Below, piece after piece: positions 36,534 through 47,610 of a stretch of DNA of 64,000 bases. Positions within the stretch are counted from its first letter, which is position 1, and each line of letters begins with the position of its first letter. Source of the stretch: an uncultured Erysipelotrichaceae bacterium. GTDB taxonomy: Bacteria; Bacillota_I; Bacilli_A; RF39; UBA660. The translations under genes and the position numbers were made by a program. The DNA is taken from positions 192 to 64,191 of the forward strand of contig CACWWC010000005.1 in the NCBI GenBank assembly GCA_902764545.1. The letters are read 5' to 3'. The notes beneath the pieces are model-generated. The model searched no databases and was not told the DNA's origin. It saw only the letters and a program-made list of their open reading frames with translations.

Positions 36534-37588
36534 TCCCCATTAGCCTTTATCTCAGCTACTTTTTGATCATGTTCACTATTCGTTTTAGTAAAATAAATCT
36601 TTCCGTGTTTATCAGCAACAAAGAATAAATAATCATTTTGGTAAGGATTAACTGAAGCCTCAATACTTGAGTCCGATGAATTACAAATGGGCCCAATAGG
36701 CATTTTACCAATCATATTTGCCGCCCTAGTATTATATGGATTAACAGTCGCAAATTGAGCTGCTGTCAAATCATTTTTCATATCAGCTTGTAGTGCATAG
36801 TAAGTAGTAACATCACTACCTAAATTATATCCAAAAGACAACCTATTTTTAAAAACTCCAACTATCTGTTTTCTATTTTCAGTATTTGTACCCTCTAACT
36901 GCACAATAGACGCCATTGTCATATAATAATGAGGATCATTAGTTATAATAGACTTATAATCAGAAAGTTTTTTATCCATCTCATCTAGCATTCTTTTTAT
37001 AACATCTTTTACAGCCACACTCTCATTATCAAAATAGTAAGTATCAGGTGCCAAATACCCTTCTAAAGGATAATATATTTCATCATCTAAAATCTTATCA
37101 GTCAAAAACCAATAATTACTAATTAAGCTGTTTATGTATTCTCTATCTTTCATCAAAGTAATAACATCATCATAACTACTATTAGTTTTTTCACTAATAA
37201 CTTTTGCATAATCAGTAATTCTTAAACCCGGTTTAAAAGTTAACTTAAGTGCATCATCATTATGGATATGCCCATCCTCCAACAACCTTACGACTTCATC
37301 TAAACTCATACTTTTTTTAAATCTATAAGTTGATGCTTTCAAAGAATCAACCTTATTTATTTTAATGTATAGTTTAAACATAAACTTACTTCTAATAATA
37401 TCTTTTTCTTTTAAAATTTCACCAATTCGTGTAGTACTAGTACCACTTTTAATAACAACCTTGATATCATCAGAATTCTTTTTATCAACAGGACTCACTA
37501 AAAGTAACCACATAAATCCTAAAAATATCAATGATATCCCAAATATACCTATTATTACTAATAACGGTTTAGGTTTCATTTTCACCAC
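36521..37588 (-). CDS. mltG: Endolytic murein transglycosylase MltG (YceG-like)
   Basis: N-terminal TM helix and the YceG pattern EGYLAPDTYYF. Synteny. Confidence 0.9.
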   Translation of the reverse strand: MVKMKPKPLLVIIGIFGISLIFLGFMWLLLVSPVDKKNSDDIKVVIKSGTSTTRIGEILKEKDIIRSKFMFKLYIKINKVDSLKASTYRFKKSMSLDEVVRLLEDGHIHNDDALKLTFKPGLRITDYAKVISEKTNSSYDDVITLMKDREYINSLISNYWFLTDKILDDEIYYPLEGYLAPDTYYFDNESVAVKDVIKRMLDEMDKKLSDYKSIITNDPHYYMTMASIVQLEGTNTENRKQIVGVFKNRLSFGYNLGSDVTTYYALQADMKNDLTAAQFATVNPYNTRAANMIGKMPIGPICNSSDSSIEASVNPYQNDYLFFVADKHGKIYFTKTNSEHDQKVAEIKANGDWIF

Positions 37589-37615
37589 AATACAACCTCC
37601 ATAAAAAATAAAGAG

Positions 37616-37915
37616 CTACTGCTCATTATTCTGACTATCTAAATTCTTTTTATTCCTTACTTCCTCCTGAAGAGTTTCTAATATAGTTTCAATTACTTTC
37701 CACTCTTTATCAGTTTCAATAGCTTCTAACTTACTATGTGGATCCTCGGGATCATAAATTGAAGCATAAACTTCAATATTTCCATTCTCATCTTTTGAAT
37801 TATCAGTATAAACTATATAATTCTTATTTGTCTCCTCACTCTCAAATGTAAACAAAACATCATATACTGTTTCCACGCCATTTGCATCTAACATACTAAA
37901 TGAATTTTTTTTCAT
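37616..37915 (-). CDS. DUF1292 protein (YrzB-like)
   Basis: 99 aa with the pattern VYDVLFTFESEETNKNYIVYTD. Conserved position between ruvX and mltG. Confidence 0.8.
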   Translation of the reverse strand: MKKNSFSMLDANGVETVYDVLFTFESEETNKNYIVYTDNSKDENGNIEVYASIYDPEDPHSKLEAIETDKEWKVIETILETLQEEVRNKKNLDSQNNEQ

Positions 37916-37921
37916 TAATAT

Positions 37922-38332
37922 TCATCTCCTATCTAAATAAGTTTGCAATATTATGGTTGCTGCCAAAGAATCAACAACTTTTTTTCTTTTTTTTCGTGAC
38001 ATATTTCCCTTTATTAAAACATCAGTAGCACTTTTAGTACTAAGTCTTTCATCTTGTAAATAAACAGGTATTTTAAGTCTCTCTTCTAAATCTGCTTTAA
38101 AAGATATACTAAGCTCACCCTTTGGCCCAATAGAACCATTCATATTTTTAGGAAAACCTAACACAATAGCGTCGATTTCTAACTCATTAACAAAACTTTG
38201 AACCTCATCAATTAATTTTTCATATTCTTCGTTATGTCTAATGACTGTTAAACTTGAGGCAATCATCCCCAACTTATCACTAACAGCTATTCCCAATGTT
38301 TTACTACCTAAATCTAATCCTAAATATTTCAT
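37922..38332 (-). CDS. ruvX: Putative pre-16S rRNA nuclease / Holliday junction resolvase-like RuvX (YqgF)
   Basis: N-terminus MKYLGLDLGSKTLGIAVSD. 136 aa. Confidence 0.9.
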   Translation of the reverse strand: MKYLGLDLGSKTLGIAVSDKLGMIASSLTVIRHNEEYEKLIDEVQSFVNELEIDAIVLGFPKNMNGSIGPKGELSISFKADLEERLKIPVYLQDERLSTKSATDVLIKGNMSRKKRKKVVDSLAATIILQTYLDRR

Positions 38333-38583
38333 TTATTATCTTTTTGAAACTCTTTAAGAAGAATTTCAACTATCTTAGCTCTATCTATTTCTTGAATCTT
38401 TCCACGAGCATTCTTATAACTTGAAATGTAGCCGGGATCTCCACTAATCAAATAACCAACAATTTGATTAGTTGGATTATAACCCCTTTCTTCCAAAGAA
38501 TTATATACCTCTTTTAATGTTAATCTAGTATTTTCTGCATCAATTTCTTCTAAATTAAATAAAGTAGTCTGTTCCTGTGGCAT
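38329..38583 (-). CDS. ireB: IreB family regulatory phosphoprotein (UPF0297, YrzL-like)
   Basis: VYNSLEERGYNPTNQIVGYLISGDPGYISS signature. 84 aa. Confidence 0.9.
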   Translation of the reverse strand: MPQEQTTLFNLEEIDAENTRLTLKEVYNSLEERGYNPTNQIVGYLISGDPGYISSYKNARGKIQEIDRAKIVEILLKEFQKDNK

Positions 38584-38648
38584 AATATCACCTCACATAA
38601 TATTATACACTTATTTTAACATTATCTAAAATCAAATACAATAATTTT

Positions 38649-39803
38649 TTATTTACCAGCCATAACAAGACCCATATAAGCAAGAAAAGCAGTAAATATT
38701 AAAACAATTATCCAACCATTAAATTTATCAAAATTATTTGACTTGTCCTTGATACCTAATGCTTTAGTCATTATAACGCCACCAATTAATCCACCAATAT
38801 GGGCAGCATTATCAACACCACTTACCATAAAACCTAAACTCAAGTTTAAAATAATTAGTGGTATTAACTGCGTTTTGACAACATTTCCTAAATATATACG
38901 ATAATAATATCCAAAATAACATAAAGCACCCATTAATCCAAATATTGCACCACTTGCTCCAATTGAGGCAACTCCACCACCAAATGTTATTGATAATAAT
39001 GAGCCACATAATCCAGAAAATAAATAAATAATTATATATTTAATTTTCCCAAGAAAACTTTCTATTTGTGAACCAACTACATATAATGAATAACAGTTAA
39101 AAAATAAATGAAAAATACTACCGTGTAAAAAAATACCAGTTAACAATCTATAGTATTCACCAGTTCTAATACTTGGCCCATGAACACAAAGTAAATTAAT
39201 AACATAATTATATTGACCTAATATAATAGGTATCAAATAAAAAATACAATTTACTGCTATTAAAAAATAAGTAAAATAAGGAATCTTAGTTTTAAATAAT
39301 TTTTCTAATCTAGAAGCATCTGCCTTATTATGCTTATTAATATCCCCAGTAATCTTCATAAATAATTCCAATCCTTCCTCAGTATATTTCATCTTTTTAG
39401 ATAAATCAGGAAAAACACGAGAAATAATGTCACTCTTTGAGATATCCTCTTCTTCATTAACTTTAATAGACATCAATTTAGGATTGGCATTTATATCATC
39501 AGTAATATTATCACCTAAATCTAGAAAAATACTCATTACATTCATACTTATAGAAAAAGTCTTTTTCTTTATTTTTTTAAGTATTCTCTTAGTTTTAAAT
39601 ACATCAAACTCAAACTGCTCATTATTATGAATATAAGCAGAAACAATTCTAACTACTTTACAATCTGCTTCCAAATTTTCTAGCCAAATTTCATTCTCAA
39701 CCCCTTGTAATATTATAGGATTATAATTTTTTTCAGTAATAAAATAATGAAGTAACTTCATAGTTATTACATTCTTATCATCAAGCATCATTTCTTGTTC
39801 CAT
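38649..39803 (-). CDS. Rhomboid-family intramembrane serine protease
   Basis: GASGAIFGLMGA (GxSG) and HIGGLIGG motifs in a 6-7 TM core, with a cytoplasmic N-terminal domain. Confidence 0.85.
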   Translation of the reverse strand: MEQEMMLDDKNVITMKLLHYFITEKNYNPIILQGVENEIWLENLEADCKVVRIVSAYIHNNEQFEFDVFKTKRILKKIKKKTFSISMNVMSIFLDLGDNITDDINANPKLMSIKVNEEEDISKSDIISRVFPDLSKKMKYTEEGLELFMKITGDINKHNKADASRLEKLFKTKIPYFTYFLIAVNCIFYLIPIILGQYNYVINLLCVHGPSIRTGEYYRLLTGIFLHGSIFHLFFNCYSLYVVGSQIESFLGKIKYIIIYLFSGLCGSLLSITFGGGVASIGASGAIFGLMGALCYFGYYYRIYLGNVVKTQLIPLIILNLSLGFMVSGVDNAAHIGGLIGGVIMTKALGIKDKSNNFDKFNGWIIVLIFTAFLAYMGLVMAGK

Positions 39804-39873
39804 AAAATCCCTCCTAAAAAAACTAATAATATTATAATATAAAACATAAAATAATAAAAGAGGAGATGATTAA

Positions 39874-40332
39874 ATGATTAAAAAAATACTATTATATGTT
39901 TTATGTTTACTACCATGGTTTATTACTAGTATACTACCATTAAACTATAATTATTATAAGGAAATAATTAAACCTAGCCTCGCCCCTCCACCTATATTTT
40001 ATGGAATAGCATGGTCAATTATTTACATTTTAGTAGCATTTACAATATATTCAGTTATCAGATCTTATAAAATAAACGAAATACCAAGTTCTTATAAAAA
40101 AACATTAATTATCAATTACATATTTAATCAGTCATTCACACTTGTATTCTTTGGATTAAATAATAACTTCTTAGGATTTGCATCATGTCTTGGAACATTA
40201 CTATCAACATTATTCTTATTTGAAGAAACAGAAACACTAATTGGAAAAAAGAAATTTATTCTTATACCATATATATTATTAAGCATATTTGCATGCATCT
40301 TATCATTATCAATTTACCTTTTAAACATATAA
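39874..40332 (+). CDS. tspO: TspO/MBR family tryptophan-rich sensory protein
   Basis: 152 aa with 5 TM helices. The LAPPPIFYGIAWSIIY pattern is typical of TspO. Confidence 0.7.
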   Translation: MIKKILLYVLCLLPWFITSILPLNYNYYKEIIKPSLAPPPIFYGIAWSIIYILVAFTIYSVIRSYKINEIPSSYKKTLIINYIFNQSFTLVFFGLNNNFLGFASCLGTLLSTLFLFEETETLIGKKKFILIPYILLSIFACILSLSIYLLNI

Positions 40333-40386
40333 TAAGACACTTAAGAAGGTGTCAAATAATAATTTTAGAGCATTTAAATAAATGTT

Positions 40387-41064
40387 CTATTTTTTTATCT
40401 TTTCAAAATTTAAAGTATCAAAAGTTCTCTGAGAATTATATCTAACCTCAAAAACATGATCATTCATCATACCTTTATAGAAAACACTACCAATTTTAAC
40501 ATTCTTAAACCCATGTTCTTCTAAACGCTTTACAACTTTTTTTATGGCTTGTGTCTCACTCATAGAATAAACATTCATATAATCCTTATAATTCTTTGTA
40601 ACATTTTGTATTTTTAAATTATCCCTATTTACACCAATCAACCCCAAAGCATCAGAAGATAAAGTTGAACTTAAAACTTCTTCCGGGATGCTTTTACAAT
40701 TAAATATTATTCTGTCAATATTTTCTATTTTATAATCTTTTTCACTCTTTGAAATACCTATCCAATCAGTTTCTTCTATTTCTGCCCCACTTGAATCAAA
40801 ACCATCAGTACCAAATCCCCATGCAAATTCTAAAAAATCATATTCAGGATCTTCTTTCTCTGTAAATTTAAATGTAGTCCAAGGTCTACAATAATTAAGA
40901 GAAGAAACATATCTATAAAAATCTTCAATTTCACTACTTGAAAGAGAAGTAGAATTTTTGGATAAAAAATTATATAAAAGAGCAACTGCTGCCAAATCAT
41001 TCTTTGAAATAGTTATTGTTCTCTCTCTACTACCACTAATATCATTATCTTTAGAAATCTTCAT
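40387..41064 (-). CDS. Hypothetical cytoplasmic protein
   Basis: 225-aa ORF with an RBS and no recognisable motif. Confidence 0.4.
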   Translation of the reverse strand: MKISKDNDISGSRERTITISKNDLAAVALLYNFLSKNSTSLSSSEIEDFYRYVSSLNYCRPWTTFKFTEKEDPEYDFLEFAWGFGTDGFDSSGAEIEETDWIGISKSEKDYKIENIDRIIFNCKSIPEEVLSSTLSSDALGLIGVNRDNLKIQNVTKNYKDYMNVYSMSETQAIKKVVKRLEEHGFKNVKIGSVFYKGMMNDHVFEVRYNSQRTFDTLNFEKIKK

Positions 41065-41149
41065 ATTAAATCACTCCACATTTAGTCAGTAAATATCTAT
41101 ATATATTAAATCAAATTTAAAAAAAAGAAAAGAGTTTTCCAAAAACTCT

Positions 41150-43576
41150 TTAATTATTTCTACTATAGTTTTTTATAATTTCTAAATCTTTTTTATATTG
41201 ATTTTCTAATTCTTGAAAATTTGAATTAACATAATTAATATTATTATCCTTACTTTGTAATTCATGTTGATATGCAATATCCGCTAATTTCATTAGTCCT
41301 AAGTATTTAGAATCACTTTTTAAAGAATGTACCTCTATCGCATAATTAGACATATCAGAGGAATTCTTATATTCAACAATTCTATTCCATTTTTCATCTA
41401 TATCGTCCAAAAAGTCATTAACAGTAGAATTATACATATCCATATCTCCAAGAAGTTCTAAGGCATGACTTACATCAACCCCATTATCTTCAAGATATTT
41501 TCGATCATAAACAGTAGATTTAATTGGTATATTAATATCTACAACAGGAATCGTTTCTATTTTATTTACCATTTCAAATTTATCAATATGATCAACATTC
41601 AATTTGTACTTATCCAATCTTGTATCTTCTGAAGAAAAAGTTAAATCAAGCTTTTTACCTAACTCCTCCTCAATATTATCTTCAACAGGAATTATTTCAT
41701 TTTTATTTTCTTCTACTTCTTCAGAAGACTCGTTATCTTCATCTTCCTTAACAATAGGCATTTGTTCAGTAACTACTCTGCCTAAACACTCATTAATAAC
41801 CTTAATAAGTTCCTCTTTTTCAATAGGCTTTGCTAAGTAATTACTAAAGCCCTCTGATAAATACTTCTCTCTCATGCCAGTAATTGCATTTGCAGTTAAA
41901 GCAATAACTGGTATATTAAATCCAGGAATTTCTTTTAACTCCTTAAGAGTCTCAACACCACTCATTTTAGGCATCATATCATCCAGTAAAATAATATCAT
42001 ATACCTCACCAGAATTAATCTTATCTAAACAATCAAAACCACTTTCACAAGTAGTAATATCATTAGCATTATAATTTTCAAGTATTTTTTTAGCAACCTT
42101 CAAATTAAGAACAGTATCATCAACAATTAATATCTTTACATCATGTAAATCCAAAGTAGTTTTATATTTCTTTTCTTCAATAATCTCCTTCTCAGACACT
42201 TTTTGATTAATTACAACAGTGAACTTTGAGCCCTTTCCATATATAGTATGAACTATAATCTTACCACCCATAAGCTCAGTTAATTGCTTAGTAATCGCAA
42301 GTCCAAGTCCAGTACCCTCTATAGTAGTATTCCTATCCTCCTCTAACCTTTGAAATTTAGTAAACATCTTATCAATGTTTTGTTTTTTTATGCCACGTCC
42401 CGAATCTTCAACCGAGATAATCAGTCTAGTATAATCATTCATATTAACACAATTAACTTCATATCTAACAAAACCCTTATCAGTATATTTACATGCATTA
42501 CTAAGCAAATTAGTAACAACTTTTTTTAGATTAGCATGATCACCATATAAAGTCTTAGGTATATCAGGCGCAATATAATAACTAAAATCAAGTCCCTTAT
42601 CATTCATTCTAGGAGTAATTAACTTGGCAAGTTCACTAAATACAGCTTTTGAATCATATGGTGAACAAACGATATCCATCTTACCAGCTTCTATCTTAGA
42701 AACATCAAGTATCCCATTTACTATTTCAAGTAAAGTATTACTAGCATCAACTATATCCTTAGCATTCTCCTTAGCCTCATCTAAAGTATTAGCCTCGAGT
42801 ATACAATCACTAAAACCAGATATTGCATTCAAAGGAGTTCTAATCTCATGAGACATACTTGATAAAAAATCTGTCTTAGCTCTATTAGCCTTATCAGCTT
42901 GTTCCTTAGCAAGTTCCATTTGCTGTACCATTTTAATATCAGGATTCTCAATAAAAAAGTATATTAGCAAAGTAATTATTGATTCTACTGGTGTTATCAA
43001 TAATAAGTTTGGGAATAAATATTGAAGTAATGTCGCAACGGACCCTATCCCTAAAAAAACAAGAAATGGGACGTACTTTCTCTTTTTTTCAATGTTTTTT
43101 ATATTTTTTATTGTTGCTACTGACATAAAAAAAATGTCTAATGAAACTACAACATAGCCAGCTATGCAAGATGGTCCTTTTGAGTAAATACCAGTTACAT
43201 TATTAACTATTTCTATTGGTAATATTAATACAGAAATTGTACCAAAAAATAAAATTATCTTAGCTGCAACATTAAACTTTTGAGTTTCTTTTTCGTATTT
43301 TTTATTATAAGAAACTAATAATACATATTGATATAGCATAAAAGTCCATACAAACACATAGATTAAAAATATTTTCCCCATACAAACCGATATTAAATAA
43401 TTCACATTACACTTTACAAGTACCAGTTGAAAAAAATCAATAAAAAGGCCAAAAAGATTAATAGTTATAATAGATTTATAAAGCCTAGTATCTTCATTGT
43501 TAATCTTTGGTTTAACAAAAAAAATAATTGAAATAATAAATAAAAAAATAAAACTTGTTCCTATAACATATTCCAT
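41150..43576 (-). CDS. Hybrid sensor histidine kinase (multi-TM sensor, HisKA, HATPase, REC, Hpt)
   Basis: About 6-7 N-terminal TM helices, H-box SHEIRTPLN, G-box GTGLGLAI, receiver ILIVDD...DIILLDDMMPKMSG, and a C-terminal Hpt HSLKSDSKYLG. Confidence 0.9.
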   Translation of the reverse strand: MEYVIGTSFIFLFIISIIFFVKPKINNEDTRLYKSIITINLFGLFIDFFQLVLVKCNVNYLISVCMGKIFLIYVFVWTFMLYQYVLLVSYNKKYEKETQKFNVAAKIILFFGTISVLILPIEIVNNVTGIYSKGPSCIAGYVVVSLDIFFMSVATIKNIKNIEKKRKYVPFLVFLGIGSVATLLQYLFPNLLLITPVESIITLLIYFFIENPDIKMVQQMELAKEQADKANRAKTDFLSSMSHEIRTPLNAISGFSDCILEANTLDEAKENAKDIVDASNTLLEIVNGILDVSKIEAGKMDIVCSPYDSKAVFSELAKLITPRMNDKGLDFSYYIAPDIPKTLYGDHANLKKVVTNLLSNACKYTDKGFVRYEVNCVNMNDYTRLIISVEDSGRGIKKQNIDKMFTKFQRLEEDRNTTIEGTGLGLAITKQLTELMGGKIIVHTIYGKGSKFTVVINQKVSEKEIIEEKKYKTTLDLHDVKILIVDDTVLNLKVAKKILENYNANDITTCESGFDCLDKINSGEVYDIILLDDMMPKMSGVETLKELKEIPGFNIPVIALTANAITGMREKYLSEGFSNYLAKPIEKEELIKVINECLGRVVTEQMPIVKEDEDNESSEEVEENKNEIIPVEDNIEEELGKKLDLTFSSEDTRLDKYKLNVDHIDKFEMVNKIETIPVVDINIPIKSTVYDRKYLEDNGVDVSHALELLGDMDMYNSTVNDFLDDIDEKWNRIVEYKNSSDMSNYAIEVHSLKSDSKYLGLMKLADIAYQHELQSKDNNINYVNSNFQELENQYKKDLEIIKNYSRNN

Positions 43577-43653
43577 ACACTCACCATCTTATTATAAATA
43601 TTATAGCACGGAAATATAAAAAAAAGTAAAAATAATATTTACTTTTTACTATT

Positions 43654-45633
43654 TTATAATGTATATTTAAGTTTTTTTGCCCCATCTATTATTGAAGACT
43701 CATCATTCTCTTTAAGTCTTTCTAATAATGTTTTAACACTTAATTCTCTTTTACCACTATGTGTCAATGGAAATGACTCCTCAAATGGTAATATAATTAA
43801 ATCTATGTTTTTCAAAAATTCTTCACCATATTTATTTATAATTCTACCAACAATAGATTTTCTAATATCTTTATTTTTATATTCATTTTGAGGTTGTACA
43901 ATAATAACAATTTCACCATTATTTTCAACAACTTGACATGACATAACTCTCTTAGTATCACTCAAAACTGTCTCTTCTAATTCATACAATGGTGTAACAT
44001 TACCATTTATTCTAGGAAATAATAATTCTTTTCTTCCCTTTATATGAACACCACCTAATTTATCCATATATCCATAAACATTACACGATAACCATGTTCT
44101 ACCTAAATTATCCGTTATTAATAATTTCTTAGTTGCATCAGGATTATTCTTATAACCCGACATATTAGAATATGAATTTGAAACAATAATTCCCATTTCT
44201 CCATAATTGCATTCTTCATATTCTCCATCAGAATTAACTTTTAAAACTGTAGCATTAACATAAGCTTCTGGATATATCCCACATTCTTTTATACCATATG
44301 CTTTTGATTTTAACTCAAATATTTTTTTCCAAAGCGTATAGAATATTGCACCATGTTCACAATCACCTGCTGCAACACCTATAGTAGTAAATGGCATTTT
44401 AAATCCATTAATAGGAACTGCACTACCAGCACGAGCTTTTCTTAAAAATTTATTAATAAATTTTTCTTCACCGGGAGATAACTTTTCTCCAACTGCAAAC
44501 GCAGTAAAAATTGAATCAAGTTTTCTTTCTTTAAATCTTCCTTCTATCAAATATTGCTTAGCTGCTTCGATAAAAAAACTTGTTGTCATATTTAAATAAT
44601 TTGGTTTATTAAGAACAATATAATCTAGTGCTTTCTTATAATCATATTCAGGCTCTAAACATACTGTCCATCCTTGGATTAGTATATCTGAAATACACGC
44701 AATTAAGTCAGTATTTGACTCAGGTGGTATGTGTGCCAAACAACTAAATTTTTTCATATTAGGATTTCCAGATAATTCACAATCATGAAAACGACCACTT
44801 ACAATCAAGCTTCTATTCTTATGCATTATAGGTTTAGGTCTACCAACAATAGTTGATCCACTAGTATATGTTATTAAGAAATCATCCTCCAATGATCCTA
44901 AATTTTCAAAATCATTAGTTGAATTGATTCCATATTTTTCAAAATCAGTAAAAGATAATATACCATTATCAGTTTGTTTATAAAAATTAACTTTGTTAGG
45001 ATAATGATAATATTCATCCAATTCTAATTCATAGTGCTTATTTTTAGTAATATTTTTCGGAATTGAATCAGCTAAAGATACAACAACTTTATTAGTAATA
45101 TTAGAACCTTGAACTGCATCCTTTATATATTCATATCTAGAATCATCAGTAAATAATACTTTTTTACTACATTCATTTAAGATTTCTTTTATATAATCAT
45201 TATTAAACTGTTCTCCAAAAATATTAGCCTTAGCTCCTATTTTATTGATTGCCAACAAAATATATACTAATTCCGGAGTATTTGTCATACAAATTGGTAT
45301 TTCATCTCCTGGTTTAACACCAATTTCTAACATGGATTTTGCAATTATATCTGCTTTATAAAATAAATCTTTATATGTTATTTCATTTCCACGATAAAAC
45401 AGCGCAGTATTATGGGGTACTTTATCTGCTCTATCTTTTACGTATCTATACCATGAAACATTGTGATTTTTTTGTATATCAACTAGTGCCTTAATAGCCT
45501 TTAATCCCTTTTTACTATTTACAATTCTTTTAGATGGCTTAGAATCAGATAACGAACATAATAATTCATACTCATCTTCTACCTTATATGTTGGAATTCT
45601 TCCAGTTTTTTCTAGTTCTTCTTTAAACTTCAC
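43654..45633 (-). CDS. AMP-dependent synthetase/ligase (acyl-CoA synthetase-like), GTG start
   Basis: AMP-binding motif TYTSGSTIVGRPKPIMH. 659 aa. AAAGGAAAG RBS before the GTG. Confidence 0.75.
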   Translation of the reverse strand: MKFKEELEKTGRIPTYKVEDEYELLCSLSDSKPSKRIVNSKKGLKAIKALVDIQKNHNVSWYRYVKDRADKVPHNTALFYRGNEITYKDLFYKADIIAKSMLEIGVKPGDEIPICMTNTPELVYILLAINKIGAKANIFGEQFNNDYIKEILNECSKKVLFTDDSRYEYIKDAVQGSNITNKVVVSLADSIPKNITKNKHYELELDEYYHYPNKVNFYKQTDNGILSFTDFEKYGINSTNDFENLGSLEDDFLITYTSGSTIVGRPKPIMHKNRSLIVSGRFHDCELSGNPNMKKFSCLAHIPPESNTDLIACISDILIQGWTVCLEPEYDYKKALDYIVLNKPNYLNMTTSFFIEAAKQYLIEGRFKERKLDSIFTAFAVGEKLSPGEEKFINKFLRKARAGSAVPINGFKMPFTTIGVAAGDCEHGAIFYTLWKKIFELKSKAYGIKECGIYPEAYVNATVLKVNSDGEYEECNYGEMGIIVSNSYSNMSGYKNNPDATKKLLITDNLGRTWLSCNVYGYMDKLGGVHIKGRKELLFPRINGNVTPLYELEETVLSDTKRVMSCQVVENNGEIVIIVQPQNEYKNKDIRKSIVGRIINKYGEEFLKNIDLIILPFEESFPLTHSGKRELSVKTLLERLKENDESSIIDGAKKLKYTL

Positions 45634-45872
45634 AATATCTTTCCTTTCAAAAATTCACTAAATTATGTCATAAAATTAATGTCCATCAAGTTCAATATAA
45701 TTGTATCAAAAACAAAAAAATATATCAATTTATTTAGCATAAACTTTACTATATTAAATCATTAATAGTAGAAATGATAAAATGATTTTTATCACAAATA
45801 TTGAAATATCAATAAAAACACATTTACCATAATGTCGCGAAACTTTTATCATATTATTATCAAAAATAATAA

Positions 45873-46319
45873 TTACAATTTATCACTTATTTTATACCCT
45901 AATAGTTCTAATCCTTTTAATGTAAATGGAGTAATTTCATTTTTACTTAGCTTATCTATATCATAAAATTTACAGCCATCAGAATCCAATCCATCTCCAC
46001 TTTCTCTTAAAGTATAATCTTTTAATTTAACTTTATAAAGAATACCTACCTGGTGTAAATCTTCATTAAAAATATCATCGTGCCATATTAATCTATTTGT
46101 TTTTACACCTAACAACTCATAATTTATAACATCTACTCCAGCTTCTTCTTTTATTTCCCTTATTAATGCCTCTTCTGGACTTTCTCCATGTTCAATACCA
46201 CCACCTGGTATAGCCAACAGTCCTTTATATCCTCCTCTAGCTTTCTTTATTAAAGCAATTTTTTTATCTTTAATAATTAGTCCATATGAACCAACTCTGA
46301 TTTTTTTATTAGCTTCCAT
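45873..46319 (-). CDS. NUDIX hydrolase
   Basis: Nudix box GGGIEHGESPEEALIREIKEEAG. Confidence 0.85.
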   Translation of the reverse strand: MEANKKIRVGSYGLIIKDKKIALIKKARGGYKGLLAIPGGGIEHGESPEEALIREIKEEAGVDVINYELLGVKTNRLIWHDDIFNEDLHQVGILYKVKLKDYTLRESGDGLDSDGCKFYDIDKLSKNEITPFTLKGLELLGYKISDKL

Positions 46320-46663
46320 TAACTCTCCTTACAAAACTCTATCGCTACTACTCCATACTCTTCTACATCTTTATTACTATAAAATTTACCCATTAATTTA
46401 AGATATTCATCTTTGGTTGTCTCCTTCAAATAAATTTTCTCCATTTTATAATAATCTACAACATCTGTAAAGTTTTTAAAATAAACTAAGTTATTTACTT
46501 TTGTTTTGATTTTGTCATTTTCACATCCGCGATTTACAAAAATCAAAGTATCCCCAACATGCAATTTACGTCTTTTATCATCATTTACTCTTACTTCAAC
46601 ATCTTTTACACCATCTTTTACAATATCAAATATTTCTTTATGTAAATGTAATATCATTTCCAT
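46319..46663 (-). CDS. ASCH-domain protein
   Basis: 114 aa. The pattern FDIVKDGVKDVEVRVNDDKRRKLHVGD resembles ASCH/PUA-like folds. Confidence 0.55.
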   Translation of the reverse strand: MEMILHLHKEIFDIVKDGVKDVEVRVNDDKRRKLHVGDTLIFVNRGCENDKIKTKVNNLVYFKNFTDVVDYYKMEKIYLKETTKDEYLKLMGKFYSNKDVEEYGVVAIEFCKES

Positions 46664-46665
46664 TT

Positions 46666-47550
46666 TTAATCACCTCTCAAGCTTTCTAACTTTTCTAAAA
46701 ACTCTTTCGGAGGATCTACTTTAAACTTCATTTCTTTACCAGTTCTTGGATGTTTAAACTTAATACTATAAGAATGAAGCATTTGTCCAAAATCAGTAGC
46801 TCTTCCATGACCATACAATGGATCATTGCAAACAGGATAACCAATATATGATAAATGGACTCTTATTTGATGAGTTCTGCCAGTATCAAGAATACATTCT
46901 ATGTAAGTATTATTATCAAATCTTTCTAGTACCCTAAAATGAGTAATAGCATTTTTCCCATTAACATCAGTAACAGCCATCTTCTGTCTATTATTTCTAT
47001 CACGACCTATAGGAGCATCTACTTCTCCCGTATCATGTTTAATAAGACCATCAACTATCGCTAAATACTTTCTTTCAACTTCCTTTTTTGAAATCATTAA
47101 AGAAAGCTTCTCAAGCATTTCTTCTGTTTTCGCAACAATCATTAGTCCACTAGTATCTTTATCAAGTCTGTGAACAATCCCCGGTCTAAATTTATCCCCC
47201 GCAAGATTTCCATATTTATATAGTAAAGCATTTACTAAAGTACCAGTATAATGTCCTGGAGCAGGATGTACAACCATACCACTTACTTTATTAATTATTA
47301 TTAAGTCATCATCTTCATATACAATATCTAGAGGAATATTTTCAGCCTCAACATTTATAGCATAATCAAGTTCACCATCAACAACTATTTCATCATCAAG
47401 CTTTACAGAATAAGAATTACTAACATTTTTTCCATTTACCATAACTTTATTCTCTTTAATCAACTTTTGAACTTTACTACGTGATAGTTCTAATTTTTCA
47501 GATAAATAACTATCAATCCTTAAACCTTCATTATCATCTACAATTATCAT
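46666..47550 (-). CDS. rluD: 23S rRNA pseudouridine synthase, RluA/RluD family
   Basis: N-terminal S4-like domain and the catalytic HRLDKDTSGL motif. Confidence 0.9.
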   Translation of the reverse strand: MIIVDDNEGLRIDSYLSEKLELSRSKVQKLIKENKVMVNGKNVSNSYSVKLDDEIVVDGELDYAINVEAENIPLDIVYEDDDLIIINKVSGMVVHPAPGHYTGTLVNALLYKYGNLAGDKFRPGIVHRLDKDTSGLMIVAKTEEMLEKLSLMISKKEVERKYLAIVDGLIKHDTGEVDAPIGRDRNNRQKMAVTDVNGKNAITHFRVLERFDNNTYIECILDTGRTHQIRVHLSYIGYPVCNDPLYGHGRATDFGQMLHSYSIKFKHPRTGKEMKFKVDPPKEFLEKLESLRGD

Positions 47551-47610
47551 AGTATTCCTCCTTTTTACCCGTATTATACCACAAAAAAAAGAATGGTAAC
47601 ACCATTCGCA